In this document: positions 48,817 to 58,111 of the stretch, piece by piece
Layout: every line of letters begins with the position of its first letter
Numbering within the stretch: the first letter of the stretch is position 1
Source of the DNA: Patescibacteria group bacterium
Lineage (GTDB): Bacteria; Patescibacteriota; Kazan-3B-28
NCBI GenBank assembly: GCA_041649135.1
Contig: JBAZNQ010000001.1
Coordinates: 99,037-163,036, forward strand
DNA: 64,000 nucleotides
Direction of reading: 5' to 3'
Program-made: the position numbers and the translations under genes
Notes under the pieces: model-generated
Databases searched by the model: none
The model's input: the letters and a program-made list of their open reading frames with translations, nothing else
What the model was told of the DNA's origin: nothing

Positions 48817-48867
48817 CTCAACGAGCGAAGGATGGAACCAGAGGATCCAGTCCCACCCTTTGTTATT

Positions 48868-49040
48868 CTCGGACTTGATCCGAGAATCCAGAAAAGAACA
48901 GAAAAAATGTTTTTGTTTCTGGCTGGATTCCCCAATCAAGTTGGGAAATGACAACAGAAACTTAAGAATAACCAAAAGTCCACCGTCATTCTGGTAAGGT
49001 CGACGCAGCGACCGCATCCAGAATCGTATAAGTGACGATG
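48868..49040. repeat. Two adjacent MITE-like elements
   Basis: ctcggacttgatccgagaatccagaaaagaacagaaaaaatgtttttgtttctggctggattcccc...gggaaatgac followed by gtcattctggtaaggtcgacgcagcgaccgcatccagaatcgtat. Confidence 0.75.
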
Positions 49041-49094
49041 TACACCATTCCTCATTTTCTCTGGCTTGTGTCAGTCATGTGTAGCTTGTCAGAG

Positions 49095-49260
49095 CGCAAT
49101 GGTCATCCTCGAGCTGAGTGCCGTAGGCAACTCGACGTCGGGGACCCAGACAGAAACAGCCAACAAAAACTTTTTCTTTTTTGTCTGGATTCCCGCCTAC
49201 CTGCCCGAAGTGCTACACCGTTGCAGGCGGGCGCGGGAATGACGAAGAGGAGGGCTCATA
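49095..49260. repeat. MITE-like element (gtcatcctcgag...gggaatgac variant)
   Basis: cgtcatcctcgagctgagtgccgtaggcaactcgacgtcggggacccagacagaaacag...ttgtctggattcccgcctacc...gcgggaatgacg. Confidence 0.75.
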
Positions 49261-49277
49261 ATGACAAAATATTAACT

Positions 49278-50150
49278 ATGGAAAATCGTAAAACAATTAA
49301 AATTTTAGGTACTAAAGTCGATTGCTTAACTTTGCCACAAGCTTTGCGGCGAATTGTGGATTTGGTGCGAGGGCGAAAAAATTATTATATTGTCACCCCC
49401 AATCCAGAAATGGTGATGTACGCCGATTCTCACCCTTGGTTTAAGGAAGTTCTGAATAACGCCGATCTAGCTCTGGCTGACGGTGTCGGCCTACAATGGG
49501 CGGCTAAATATTTATCTTTTCCGCTAACTAAAATCCCAGTATTAAAGCAGGTTCAAGAATTCTTCCAATTTATCTTTACTCTGCCGTTGGTTGTTTTAGC
49601 ACCCAAATTATTGAACGTAATTCCGGAACGACTAACTGGCGCTGATATGGTGTGGGAAATTGCCAAACTTGCTTCCGAACGCGATTACCGGATTTTTCTG
49701 CTAGGAGCTGGACCGGGGGTTGCCTTAAAAGCGGCCAGAACTATGCAAGCGCTCTACCCTCAACTCAATGTGGTAGAAATTATGGTTGGGCCGCCCTATG
49801 AATCGCAAGAAGAAGTTATCCGGGCAATTCAACAAACTAAACCTCAATTTATTTTTCTAGCTTTTCCGGCCGAAGAACAAATGCGCTGGATGCGTGATGA
49901 ATTACCAAAACTACAAGATGTCATCGCGATCGGTATCGGTGGCGCGTTGGACTTTATCGCCGGAGGCACGGCTATCAATGCCGGTCAGGACAAATCTCCC
50001 GCCAAAAGAGCCCCCGAATGGATGCGAGAAAGGGGATTGGAATGGTTTTATCGTTATATTACTCAACCGTGGCGCAAAAAGCGCATCCAGACCGCTACAA
50101 TTGACTTCGTAAAAAAAGTCAGACAATATAAAGCCGAATCTTGCACCTGA
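49278..50150 (+). CDS. WecB/TagA/CpsF-family glycosyltransferase (GT26)
   Basis: ALADGVGLQWAAKY, IFLLGAGPGVALKAA, RAPEWMRERGLEWFYRYITQPWRKKR; start at ATG 49278 (the ORF from 49032 runs through repeat sequence). Confidence 0.8.
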   Translation: MENRKTIKILGTKVDCLTLPQALRRIVDLVRGRKNYYIVTPNPEMVMYADSHPWFKEVLNNADLALADGVGLQWAAKYLSFPLTKIPVLKQVQEFFQFIFTLPLVVLAPKLLNVIPERLTGADMVWEIAKLASERDYRIFLLGAGPGVALKAARTMQALYPQLNVVEIMVGPPYESQEEVIRAIQQTKPQFIFLAFPAEEQMRWMRDELPKLQDVIAIGIGGALDFIAGGTAINAGQDKSPAKRAPEWMRERGLEWFYRYITQPWRKKRIQTATIDFVKKVRQYKAESCT

Positions 50151-50183
50151 AATTTATTCAGGCAACCAATTTTTGCTCCGGAG

Positions 50184-50528
50184 GTGAGCCAGATGTCGAA
50201 ACTGCATAATAGGCTTGTGTTTGGTAACGCACACACGGGGAATGTGCACCCGGCTGATTTGTGCGAAACGGCCAGAGTGAACTTGTTGTATGGCCACACA
50301 ACATGGGGGCGTATTGCAGAACTCCTCCCACCTTTCGCAGAGTTGATAGACAGTCTGGCCAAGGTGGCGACCAGATATGTAGAACTTGCGAAACAGGTTA
50401 TAGCGCTAGCGGAACAAGACTCTAGCCGTTTAGTTGACTCCGACCCCGAGCTCAGAGATGCACTCAACGAGGATTTGATCAAGCTGGTGACAGCATATAA
50501 CTTTGGCGAAGCGAAACGCCACCACTGA
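50184..50528 (+). CDS. Hypothetical protein (higher-GC islet)
   Basis: SD ggaggtgagccag-ATG; 114 aa; followed by a second small gene and a strong terminator (ccccaccactacgcagtggtgggg + tttttt at 50556-50592). Confidence 0.45.
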   Translation: MSQMSKLHNRLVFGNAHTGNVHPADLCETARVNLLYGHTTWGRIAELLPPFAELIDSLAKVATRYVELAKQVIALAEQDSSRLVDSDPELRDALNEDLIKLVTAYNFGEAKRHH

Positions 50529-50644
50529 CCTTACTATGGGGTGTAGGAGCAATAACACCCCACCACTACGCAGTGGTGGGGTACTTTTTTATCCGTGTTA
50601 AAATAAAGTTGATTAAATTGAACCTAGGGTTGGAGGTGCAGCCC

Positions 50645-50881
50645 ATGCCAGTCATTCTGTGGTGCTTGGATGATTTCTCTGGTCTACGCGCCAAAGAGAT
50701 TCTGCAAGAGTGTGGCATTGAGTTTCGTCACATCATCCCAGTTGAAGGTTTTTGCCCAAGTGGCGGATGTGATGATGGCTATGAGCCCAGACTTGAACTT
50801 GATGACGGACGGATTGTCCATGGAGTATCTGCCATCAAGGGATATGCCCAGAACCACTTAGCTTCAAAGCCCCGTCAGTAA
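50645..50881 (+). CDS. Thioredoxin-fold GST-N/glutaredoxin-like mini-protein lacking CxxC (paralog of 61620-61838)
   Basis: SD ggttggaggtgcagccc-ATG; MPVILWCLDDFSGLRAKEILQECGIEF...EPRLELDDGRIVHGVSAIKGY resembles a GST N-terminal domain (PVLE.DG..L.ES.AI). Confidence 0.5.
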   Translation: MPVILWCLDDFSGLRAKEILQECGIEFRHIIPVEGFCPSGGCDDGYEPRLELDDGRIVHGVSAIKGYAQNHLASKPRQ

Positions 50882-50916
50882 ACGGGGCTTTATCTTATAC
50901 GTGTTAAAATGGGTCT

Positions 50917-52233
50917 ATGAGAGAGAAAGTTAGAGTTAGATTTGCTCCAAGCCCGACTGGACCATTACATATTGGGAGTGCGCGTACCGCGCTCTTCAAT
51001 TATCTGTACGCTAAAAAATTTAACGGTGTTTTTGTCTTACGTTTTGAAGACACGGATACCGCTCGCAGTCAAAAAGTCTTTGAAGAGAACATTTTAGGGG
51101 GTTTAGCGTGGTTGGGGTTTGTGACTGATGAAACTTATCATCAAAGCGAACGCGAAAAAGTGTATCGCTCGTATTTACAAAAATTGACCGATAGGGGACT
51201 TACTTATGAACATGATGGGGGAGTCTATTTCAAATTACCAACCGACAATCGAAAGGTCATTGTTGATGACATTATTCGCGGCCAAGTGGAATTTGAAAGT
51301 AAAGATTTTGACGATCTAGTTTTATTTAAAAAGGATGGCTCACCGACCTTTCATTTTGCCAATGTTGTAGATGATATTGAAATGAAAATTACTCACGTTA
51401 TTCGTGGCGAAGATCATTTGAGCAACACTCCAAAACATATTTTGCTTTATGAGGCACTAGATGCTACACCACCCCAATTTGCCCACATCCCGCTGATCCT
51501 AAATCCAGATCGCACCAAGATGAGTAAACGTGCCGGTAACGTCAATTTGGACGACTACAAACAAGCCGGATATCTACCCGAAGCCTTAATTAACTTTCTT
51601 GTTCAACTTGGCTGGTCTGACCCCTCTTCTTCTGTCATTCCCGCGAAGGCGGGAATCTATTCCCTAGACGAACTAATCAAACTTTTTGATTTGTCTCGCG
51701 TCCAAAAAGCCGGAGCAGTTTTCGACATAAAACATCTCAATCACCTGAACCACTATTACCTGATGCAAAAACCTCTAGACGAATACACCGCACTAGCTAC
51801 TTCTCGTCTCTCGCAACTCGCAACTCGCAACTCGCGACTTCTTCGTTCCGCCCTGCGTCTGGTTCAAGACCGCGCCCAAACTCTGGGTGAAATCCCCTCT
51901 TTAATTGAATTTTTCTTCACCCAACCGGAATATGACTCTCCCCTGCTGGTTTTCAAAAAATCCAGTCCCGAACAAACTATGACAGGGTTGAAAACCGCTT
52001 TGAAGGTTTTAGAAGCCATCAGCGAGACAGAGTGGGCCCAACCAAAGTTACAACAAATCTTAGACGAGGCGACAGCAGCCGAATCACTTCAGCCGGGGGA
52101 TTTGTTCTGGCCGGTAAGAGTAGCTTTATCTGGTCGCGATGCCAGCCCCAGCCCGACTGAATTGTTAGACGCCCTTGGAAAAACCGAATCTATCGCAAGG
52201 ATCAAAACCGCTATTAATAAGTTGGGCAATTAA
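50917..52233 (+). CDS. gltX: Glutamate--tRNA ligase, carrying an in-frame repeat-derived insertion
   Basis: HIGH motif PTGPLHIGSAR, KMSKR. Codons SVIPAKAGIY at 51644-51667 are encoded by gtcattcccgcgaaggcgggaatc. Confidence 0.9.
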   Translation: MREKVRVRFAPSPTGPLHIGSARTALFNYLYAKKFNGVFVLRFEDTDTARSQKVFEENILGGLAWLGFVTDETYHQSEREKVYRSYLQKLTDRGLTYEHDGGVYFKLPTDNRKVIVDDIIRGQVEFESKDFDDLVLFKKDGSPTFHFANVVDDIEMKITHVIRGEDHLSNTPKHILLYEALDATPPQFAHIPLILNPDRTKMSKRAGNVNLDDYKQAGYLPEALINFLVQLGWSDPSSSVIPAKAGIYSLDELIKLFDLSRVQKAGAVFDIKHLNHLNHYYLMQKPLDEYTALATSRLSQLATRNSRLLRSALRLVQDRAQTLGEIPSLIEFFFTQPEYDSPLLVFKKSSPEQTMTGLKTALKVLEAISETEWAQPKLQQILDEATAAESLQPGDLFWPVRVALSGRDASPSPTELLDALGKTESIARIKTAINKLGN

Positions 52234-52242
52234 TTCTGTCGT

Positions 52243-52300
52243 CATCCTCGAGTCGAAAGCGTAGCGCTTCGACATCGGGGACCCAGACAGAAACAAAATA
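52243..52300. repeat. MITE-like element
   Basis: gtcatcctcgagtcgaaagcgtagcgcttcgacatcggggacccagacagaaacaaaa. Confidence 0.75.
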
Positions 52301-52332
52301 ACTAAACATACCAACTAACTTATGGGGCGCAA

Positions 52333-53466
52333 ATGAAACGAACCAAAACAACTCACAGTATCTTCGAGATCATTGCCGATAGTTCTCTCACCGGTGCCCC
52401 TCGTCATTTACTGACGCTTCTTTCTGGTGTCAATCGTCATAAATTTGTTGTCAGCGTTATTTGCCCCCCCGGCCCTTTAGTTGCTGAAGTTAAAAAACTC
52501 AAGTTTCCTGTTTTTCAAGTTCCGATGAGCGGTAAAGCGGATATTAATGCCATCAATGCTGTGGCAAGAATTTTAAAGAAATATGATCCCGATATTGTTC
52601 ACACTCACGGTCAGCGCGCTGGATTGGTCGGCCGGATGGCCGCCAAAAACCTACCTATCAAAAAGATACACACCGAACACACCTATACCCGCGAGTTTCG
52701 TTTGAATAACCCACTTCTGCACTGGAGTCATCTTCGGGGGATGAAAGGACTTGATCGCTGGACCGATCAAATCATTGCGGTCAGCAATGCAGTAAAGAAA
52801 TTTATGTTGGACGCGGGGCTTACCAAGCCAAATAAAATTGTGATGATCTACAACGGTATCAGCCCCAATGCCGCCAGAGTGGCCGAGGCCGACATCGAAA
52901 AATTCCGCGATCAGTTTGGCCTGAAGAAAACAGACATTGTTATCGGCACGGTTGGTTCATTTAATCACGCCAAAGATACTGCCACTCTCATTCACGCATT
53001 CTCTCGGATTGCCGCCAAATGGTCGCAATCAAAGTTAATTTTAATTGGTTCCGGTCCTCTAAAGCGTGATTTAACTAATCTCGCCCAAAGATTGAAGTTG
53101 GAGGACAAAATTATCTTTGCTGGTAATGTTGAAGATATCTTTCCGGCAATGAAGACTTTTAATGTATTTGTTTTGCCTTCTTTATCGGAGGCATTTGGTA
53201 TTACTCTATTAGAAGCAATGCAAGCCGGAGCTCCAATCATTGCCACTCGAGTCGGGGGCATCCCCGAGATTATTACCAACAAACTCAATGGCATTTTAGT
53301 TGAACCGAAACAACCCAAAAAACTAGCCGCCGCAATTTTGAATTTAATCAATGATAAGCGTCTCCAACGCAAATTAGTCGGCAACTATCCCGCTACTCTG
53401 AAAAGGTTTTCCGCTGACGTAATGGTGAAACAAACCGAATCCGTCTACTCCAGCTTATTCCATTAG
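52333..53466 (+). CDS. Glycosyltransferase family 4 (GT-B)
   Basis: SEAFGITLLEAMQAGAPIIATRVGGIPEII. Confidence 0.8.
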   Translation: MKRTKTTHSIFEIIADSSLTGAPRHLLTLLSGVNRHKFVVSVICPPGPLVAEVKKLKFPVFQVPMSGKADINAINAVARILKKYDPDIVHTHGQRAGLVGRMAAKNLPIKKIHTEHTYTREFRLNNPLLHWSHLRGMKGLDRWTDQIIAVSNAVKKFMLDAGLTKPNKIVMIYNGISPNAARVAEADIEKFRDQFGLKKTDIVIGTVGSFNHAKDTATLIHAFSRIAAKWSQSKLILIGSGPLKRDLTNLAQRLKLEDKIIFAGNVEDIFPAMKTFNVFVLPSLSEAFGITLLEAMQAGAPIIATRVGGIPEIITNKLNGILVEPKQPKKLAAAILNLINDKRLQRKLVGNYPATLKRFSADVMVKQTESVYSSLFH

Positions 53467-53469
53467 TTT

Positions 53470-53612
53470 CGTCATCCTCGAGCCGAGTGCCGTAGGCAAC
53501 TCGACATCGGGGATCCAGAAAAAACAAAACATTTGGTTTCCCGACGAACAGAGGGACCACCCATTTCCCTTTCTCGTCATTCTGGCTTGTCCAGAATCTT
53601 ATAAAGCGATAC
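53470..53612. repeat. Two MITE-like elements (one partial)
   Basis: gtcatcctcgagccgagtgccgtaggcaactcgacatcggggatccagaaaaaacaaaac ... cgtcattctggcttgtccagaatcttat. Confidence 0.7.
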
Positions 53613-53630
53613 ACTACCATCCGTTGTTAT

Positions 53631-53704
53631 TGGGGTGTAGCCAAGTGGTAAGGCAACGGGTTCTGGTCCCGTGATCCCTGGTCCGAATCCAGGCACCCCA
53701 GCCA
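53631..53704 (+). tRNA. tRNA-Gln (anticodon CTG)
   Basis: Acceptor TGGGGTG/CACCCCA (U1-A72 as in many Gln tRNAs), D-arm gccAAGTGGTAAggc, anticodon loop TTCTGGT, T-arm cctggTCCGAATccagg, G discriminator + CCA. Confidence 0.8.
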
Positions 53705-53893
53705 AGTAGAATATTACTCAATTATCTCCTTAGAAATTTATAAACCCATTAAGACCCGAGTGGGTTATTTAGTTTTACTCCTTACAACCAACCGAAACCG
53801 TGTTGTCTCACCAGTATAAAAAAATGCCCCACCGAGTGTGATACTCGGCGGGGCTTGGGGCAATTCCTGTGGAATTGCTAGTAAGCATGGAGC

Positions 53894-55375
53894 CTACGGG
53901 AGAGGTACGTCAGGATAACGGAAGAACTGCTCGCCTGAGATGACCATGCCGGCCAATACTTCGCTGGTGACTTCCCAGTTCCATCCACCAGTCGTGCTGG
54001 TAACATTACCACGGAACTGGCTACGAACTGCTCCGGCGTCGCCGTTGCCGTCCAAGTCGATGTCAGTATCGAACAAGATGTCCTTACCGACTCGGCTGTT
54101 GAACCACTCAAGCTGTCCGTCCATGGGGCCGAACAGGGTAGGATCGCTTCCCGAGAAGTCATTCTGATCTGCGAATCCAAGACCAGTCAAACCATAGGCG
54201 CCGTACTGCGAATCGTCATAGAGGCGACCGCCCTCTTCATAACCAAAGTATCCATAGCTACGGTGACGGAAGGAATTATCCTTCATCTCGTCCAGGGCTT
54301 CGGCGTAGAGATTGTCGGCTTCGGTGGTGAGGGTGGCGTAGTTCTGCACTTCTGAGAGACCAGCAGGCAGGAAGCACCAACCCAAATCGGTGTAATCCCA
54401 GGTTCCCAGAGGGATGCCTTCCCATTCTGAGCGACGAGCCACCAGCTCCTGGATCATGCCATCGTCTTCGTCGGTGACAGCATCAAACAGGGCAGTTAGG
54501 CCGACATCGGTACCGGAATCGTAGTCAGCGAATTCGTTGAAGCCAGTGAGTGCCGCCGCCCAGATATAGGCCGTGGAATCCCACAAGGCCAAACTGTTGC
54601 GAGCGTCCACCATGCGGGTGGCATACTCAGCACCAGTGAATTCGTCGGCGATCTCTGCGAACCAGGTCTCCGCCATGTACTGGTAGTTCGAGTTGTTGAA
54701 CACGTTTGCAGACCGGCTTAACAGGATAACATCCCAAGCGTAGGGACGATCAGCACTGGTGCTGGCGTCCGTGTCGCTGGCTGCCATAGAAGTGGCGTAG
54801 GCGTCGCCCAAGAAGCCGGTGGGGCTCAAGAACTCTGCCAGATCGTCCAAAACGTCAGCGTTGATAGGCGTCTTCGTGGAGTCGCTCGGGTCGTAGAGAT
54901 CGTAGAGCTCTACGTACTGAAGTAGCCCCATCCAGATAACAGACTGAACATTGCGCTGTGCAGTCGTGCCACCAGATTCCCATGTGAACACGTGGGGCCA
55001 ACCACCAAAGACGTTCGTACTCTCCTGCAGATATAGCAGGTAAGCGATGCCGTTGGCTGTGGCTTCGATGGCCTCGCGGTCTTCATTCGTCAGGGCCGAC
55101 AGATCCTTGTTGCCACTAGTGAAGTCGTTGAGGTCGATGAGCATCTGGATCTCAGCAATCTGGCCGTCGCCCATCTCGCCGGTCCCATCACGGGTAGGCG
55201 ACGGGTAGTAGTTCGTCACCGTGACAAATCGTGCGTCACCGGTATCAGGCGTGATGTCCGGGATGTCGATGTTCACGTCGGGTGACATCGGATCCGAGGT
55301 TACGCTGTTGCTGCCGCCACAGGAAACTACGAATGCCATCAAGATGGCAATGATAATAAACAAACTATAACGCAT
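53894..55375 (-). CDS. Lipoprotein, hypothetical (GC-rich island gene)
   Basis: Lipobox AFVVSCGGS, 493 aa acidic Asp/Thr/Gly-rich protein; about 56% GC; located just downstream of tRNA-Gln. Confidence 0.55.
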   Translation of the reverse strand: MRYSLFIIIAILMAFVVSCGGSNSVTSDPMSPDVNIDIPDITPDTGDARFVTVTNYYPSPTRDGTGEMGDGQIAEIQMLIDLNDFTSGNKDLSALTNEDREAIEATANGIAYLLYLQESTNVFGGWPHVFTWESGGTTAQRNVQSVIWMGLLQYVELYDLYDPSDSTKTPINADVLDDLAEFLSPTGFLGDAYATSMAASDTDASTSADRPYAWDVILLSRSANVFNNSNYQYMAETWFAEIADEFTGAEYATRMVDARNSLALWDSTAYIWAAALTGFNEFADYDSGTDVGLTALFDAVTDEDDGMIQELVARRSEWEGIPLGTWDYTDLGWCFLPAGLSEVQNYATLTTEADNLYAEALDEMKDNSFRHRSYGYFGYEEGGRLYDDSQYGAYGLTGLGFADQNDFSGSDPTLFGPMDGQLEWFNSRVGKDILFDTDIDLDGNGDAGAVRSQFRGNVTSTTGGWNWEVTSEVLAGMVISGEQFFRYPDVPLP

Positions 55376-55407
55376 GGTATCCTCCTAAGGATACGAACAA
55401 TGTAGTG

Positions 55408-55917
55408 TTATCGCGTCGAGACACGATAGTATAGTTTGAATGGGAAGGCATTACCTTCCACGTCCAACGCTTGCCATTCGATTTTAAGAACCGACGGCAA
55501 ACTGGTTGCGCTGTCGACCTTCAACTTCCAGAAATTGATATCTGGATGAGAGTAGGTCTGATCCTGCCAAACACTTACCAGCGTGGCTGAAGTGTTGATA
55601 ACCAAACCGCCCGAAGACAATTGTTCTGCATGGTGAATGTAGGCCAAAGGAGTTCCTTCAGCTTTTGGAACAGGTAAAACATAGGTCGTACCTGTCACAA
55701 CCACTGATCCTCCGTCAACCCATGTTTCTGTCGCCCAGAGACTAGTTTCAGCGGGGATAACCCGTGACGAGCCATCGTAACCGAAATAAAGTTCCCTGGC
55801 CACCATGTTGATAGGGTCCGGTGGGTCAGGATTGTTGACAACTGAGTTACTATCACAGCCACTGGCTACTAGCAATATTGTCATTGCTAAAGCCAAAACG
55901 GCTTGTCCAAGTCGCAA
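55408..55917 (-). CDS. Lipoprotein, hypothetical (GC-rich island gene)
   Basis: Lipobox LLVASGC; 169 aa; co-directional with and upstream of the 493-aa lipoprotein gene. Confidence 0.5.
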   Translation of the reverse strand: MRLGQAVLALAMTILLVASGCDSNSVVNNPDPPDPINMVARELYFGYDGSSRVIPAETSLWATETWVDGGSVVVTGTTYVLPVPKAEGTPLAYIHHAEQLSSGGLVINTSATLVSVWQDQTYSHPDINFWKLKVDSATSLPSVLKIEWQALDVEGNAFPFKLYYRVSTR

Positions 55918-56347
55918 TATATATCCTCCTAGATTGTCAATTTACGATACAGAGAACGCCATATCTTAATGGCGGATTAGGTATATACAATGCCTACCCA
56001 ACCAAAGCATTGTATAGCAGAGAATCTTTTTGTCAATAGTTTATTGGGATTTCGGTATTTCAAGACTATTTTTCCAATAGTTCGATATGCAAGCGTAGAT
56101 AGAGTCACAAAACTCTCTCAAAATCCATCGTGACTTCTTGCCACTGTCTCATTTGTCTCATTTTCTCCTATAATGACCTATAATTATTCGTAGTGGCGCA
56201 AACAGCTAAAAACCACCCCAATTTTACTCCTTGGGAACCACCGAGACTAAGCTGTTCAGCCAGCAAGGGCACGAGTCAAGCGACCCGTGTGCCCAGTTGA
56301 GTCGTAATTACTCGGCCTAGTAGGGTATGTTAAAATGGGAATAGCTA

Positions 56348-57067
56348 ATGAACTATGTAGCTGTAGTAGAACCAATAGCGCCAAGTGTCGCCAAAATATT
56401 CACTCTCAACAAGGGCGTGGTTTCTGGAACTGGCTCTGGCTTCTTGTTCTCAAAAGCTGGCATCATGGTTACTTGCGATCATGTGGTAGGTGGTAGCGAA
56501 ACTTTAGTCTGTCGGTTTTCGGATGAAGATAAATTCTACACCGCCAAGCTAGTTGTTCGCGACCAAGAACATGATTTGGCTCTCTTGAAGGTAGAAGATG
56601 CAGAAGCTCGTCCAGTTCTCGCTGAAGGAGAACAAGATGAAATAAAGGCCGGTATGTCAGTTCTTTTCTCTGGTTATCCCCTCAACCTCGAAACACTAAC
56701 TACTCATCAGGGAATTCTCTCGTCAATTACTACGGATGCGGTTGGCATAACCACTTATTTAATAGATGGCACAGTTAATTCCGGTAATAGTGGGTGCCCT
56801 TTAATGGATAACAAGGGAAGAGTGATAGGTGTTGTGAACGCTAAGCGTCAAGAGCGCGCTGATCTTCTTAATAAAGTAGAAAGGATGGCCCTTGGCGCCG
56901 TTGCGATTCATGGGGTAGACTTAGTAGAAATCTATCAAGCTCTCATATCAAATGTACAGCTTGGCATTGGATATGCCGTTCCCGCCTCGTATATTCCCGA
57001 ACATAAAGAGTTAGCTGAAGGGCAGCTCCCTATCATAACTCCCCAGTCAACTGATAAAGATAAGTAG
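56348..57067 (+). CDS. Trypsin-like (S1) serine peptidase, no PDZ
   Basis: Catalytic triad context: MVTCDHVVGG (His), HDLALLKV (Asp), GNSGCPLMDNKGRVIGV (Ser). Confidence 0.7.
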   Translation: MNYVAVVEPIAPSVAKIFTLNKGVVSGTGSGFLFSKAGIMVTCDHVVGGSETLVCRFSDEDKFYTAKLVVRDQEHDLALLKVEDAEARPVLAEGEQDEIKAGMSVLFSGYPLNLETLTTHQGILSSITTDAVGITTYLIDGTVNSGNSGCPLMDNKGRVIGVVNAKRQERADLLNKVERMALGAVAIHGVDLVEIYQALISNVQLGIGYAVPASYIPEHKELAEGQLPIITPQSTDKDK

Positions 57068-57079
57068 ATTAAGACAACC

Positions 57080-57370
57080 ATGAACCCAATTTTTAAATCC
57101 AACGGTATATACATAGGCTTTATTATTAGCAATCTTCTCTATTCTAGAGACGGAGAGTACTTGGGTTGGGTTGAAGATAATTTTGTGTGGGATTCTCGAG
57201 GACGGTTCAGGGGTAGAATTTGGAATGATAAATACGTCATCTCTAACAAATTTGCGGTTGCGCCAATACCTCGTGTACCTCGCCCTATCCCGCCAGTACC
57301 TACATTACCGACTCCACCAGCCAATATCACACCCGTACTACTGCCGACTGGTTGGGACGATGCTTTTTAA
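57080..57370 (+). CDS. Hypothetical protein with Pro-rich C-terminus
   Basis: 96 aa; 13 nt after the peptidase stop. Confidence 0.35.
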   Translation: MNPIFKSNGIYIGFIISNLLYSRDGEYLGWVEDNFVWDSRGRFRGRIWNDKYVISNKFAVAPIPRVPRPIPPVPTLPTPPANITPVLLPTGWDDAF

Positions 57371-57462
57371 AGATTTTTTTGATTCTCCAGTAAAATAGTC
57401 AGCTTAATAAAAAGGACATCCACCTAAGATGTCCTTTTAAAGTTGCAAATACTGATTTCAAA

Positions 57463-57828
57463 TCAGTATCCCTTACGAGCTTCTGGAGCGATATGCCAGA
57501 GTAGCCGTAGGCAAGAATAAGTGATCAGCCATGCCCACCACAAAAACCCAACCGGCTCAATTTTGAAAAGACCACAAACCAATGCTCCAATAACCCACGC
57601 CGGTATTATGCTGAACAGACTGATAAACATCTCGCCAATTGCCAACAGTATCGCTCCTAGTCCAGCACCGCGACTTAAGTCTGCGATTAGACCTAGTCCG
57701 GTCACTATACTGAAAATCCACCAGAAGATATCTCCTGGGTTTCCAAAGAGCCAGGTATTATCCATCGGCGCGCCCCTTTTGTTAAAGTCAGCCCAGTATG
57801 GCTCGTTAAATTGTCCTCCGTCAAGCAA
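57463..57828 (-). CDS. Hypothetical membrane protein
   Basis: 121 aa, 3 TM helices. Confidence 0.35.
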   Translation of the reverse strand: MLDGGQFNEPYWADFNKRGAPMDNTWLFGNPGDIFWWIFSIVTGLGLIADLSRGAGLGAILLAIGEMFISLFSIIPAWVIGALVCGLFKIEPVGFLWWAWLITYSCLRLLWHIAPEARKGY

Positions 57829-58111
57829 AGGTTTAATTTTTCATTTCAGTTGGGAAATAGCCTACCAACCTCCTTTTTCCCTTGACACACTCACCAATTT
57901 GTGTCATACTCCCCAAGTACTGATGAAAGGGCATTGCGACCTCTTGAACGGGGTCGTATTTTATTACTCGATCAGATACCTCTGTAATGGTTTAGATGAT
58001 AGAGCTTTGATTGAGTCCTCCTAAGCGTTATCTATATCAGAAGAGACAAATAACCTGTTTCTGATGAGATAAAGCGAAGGATGGACCCACATATTTCAAC
58101 AAAGCAAAATA

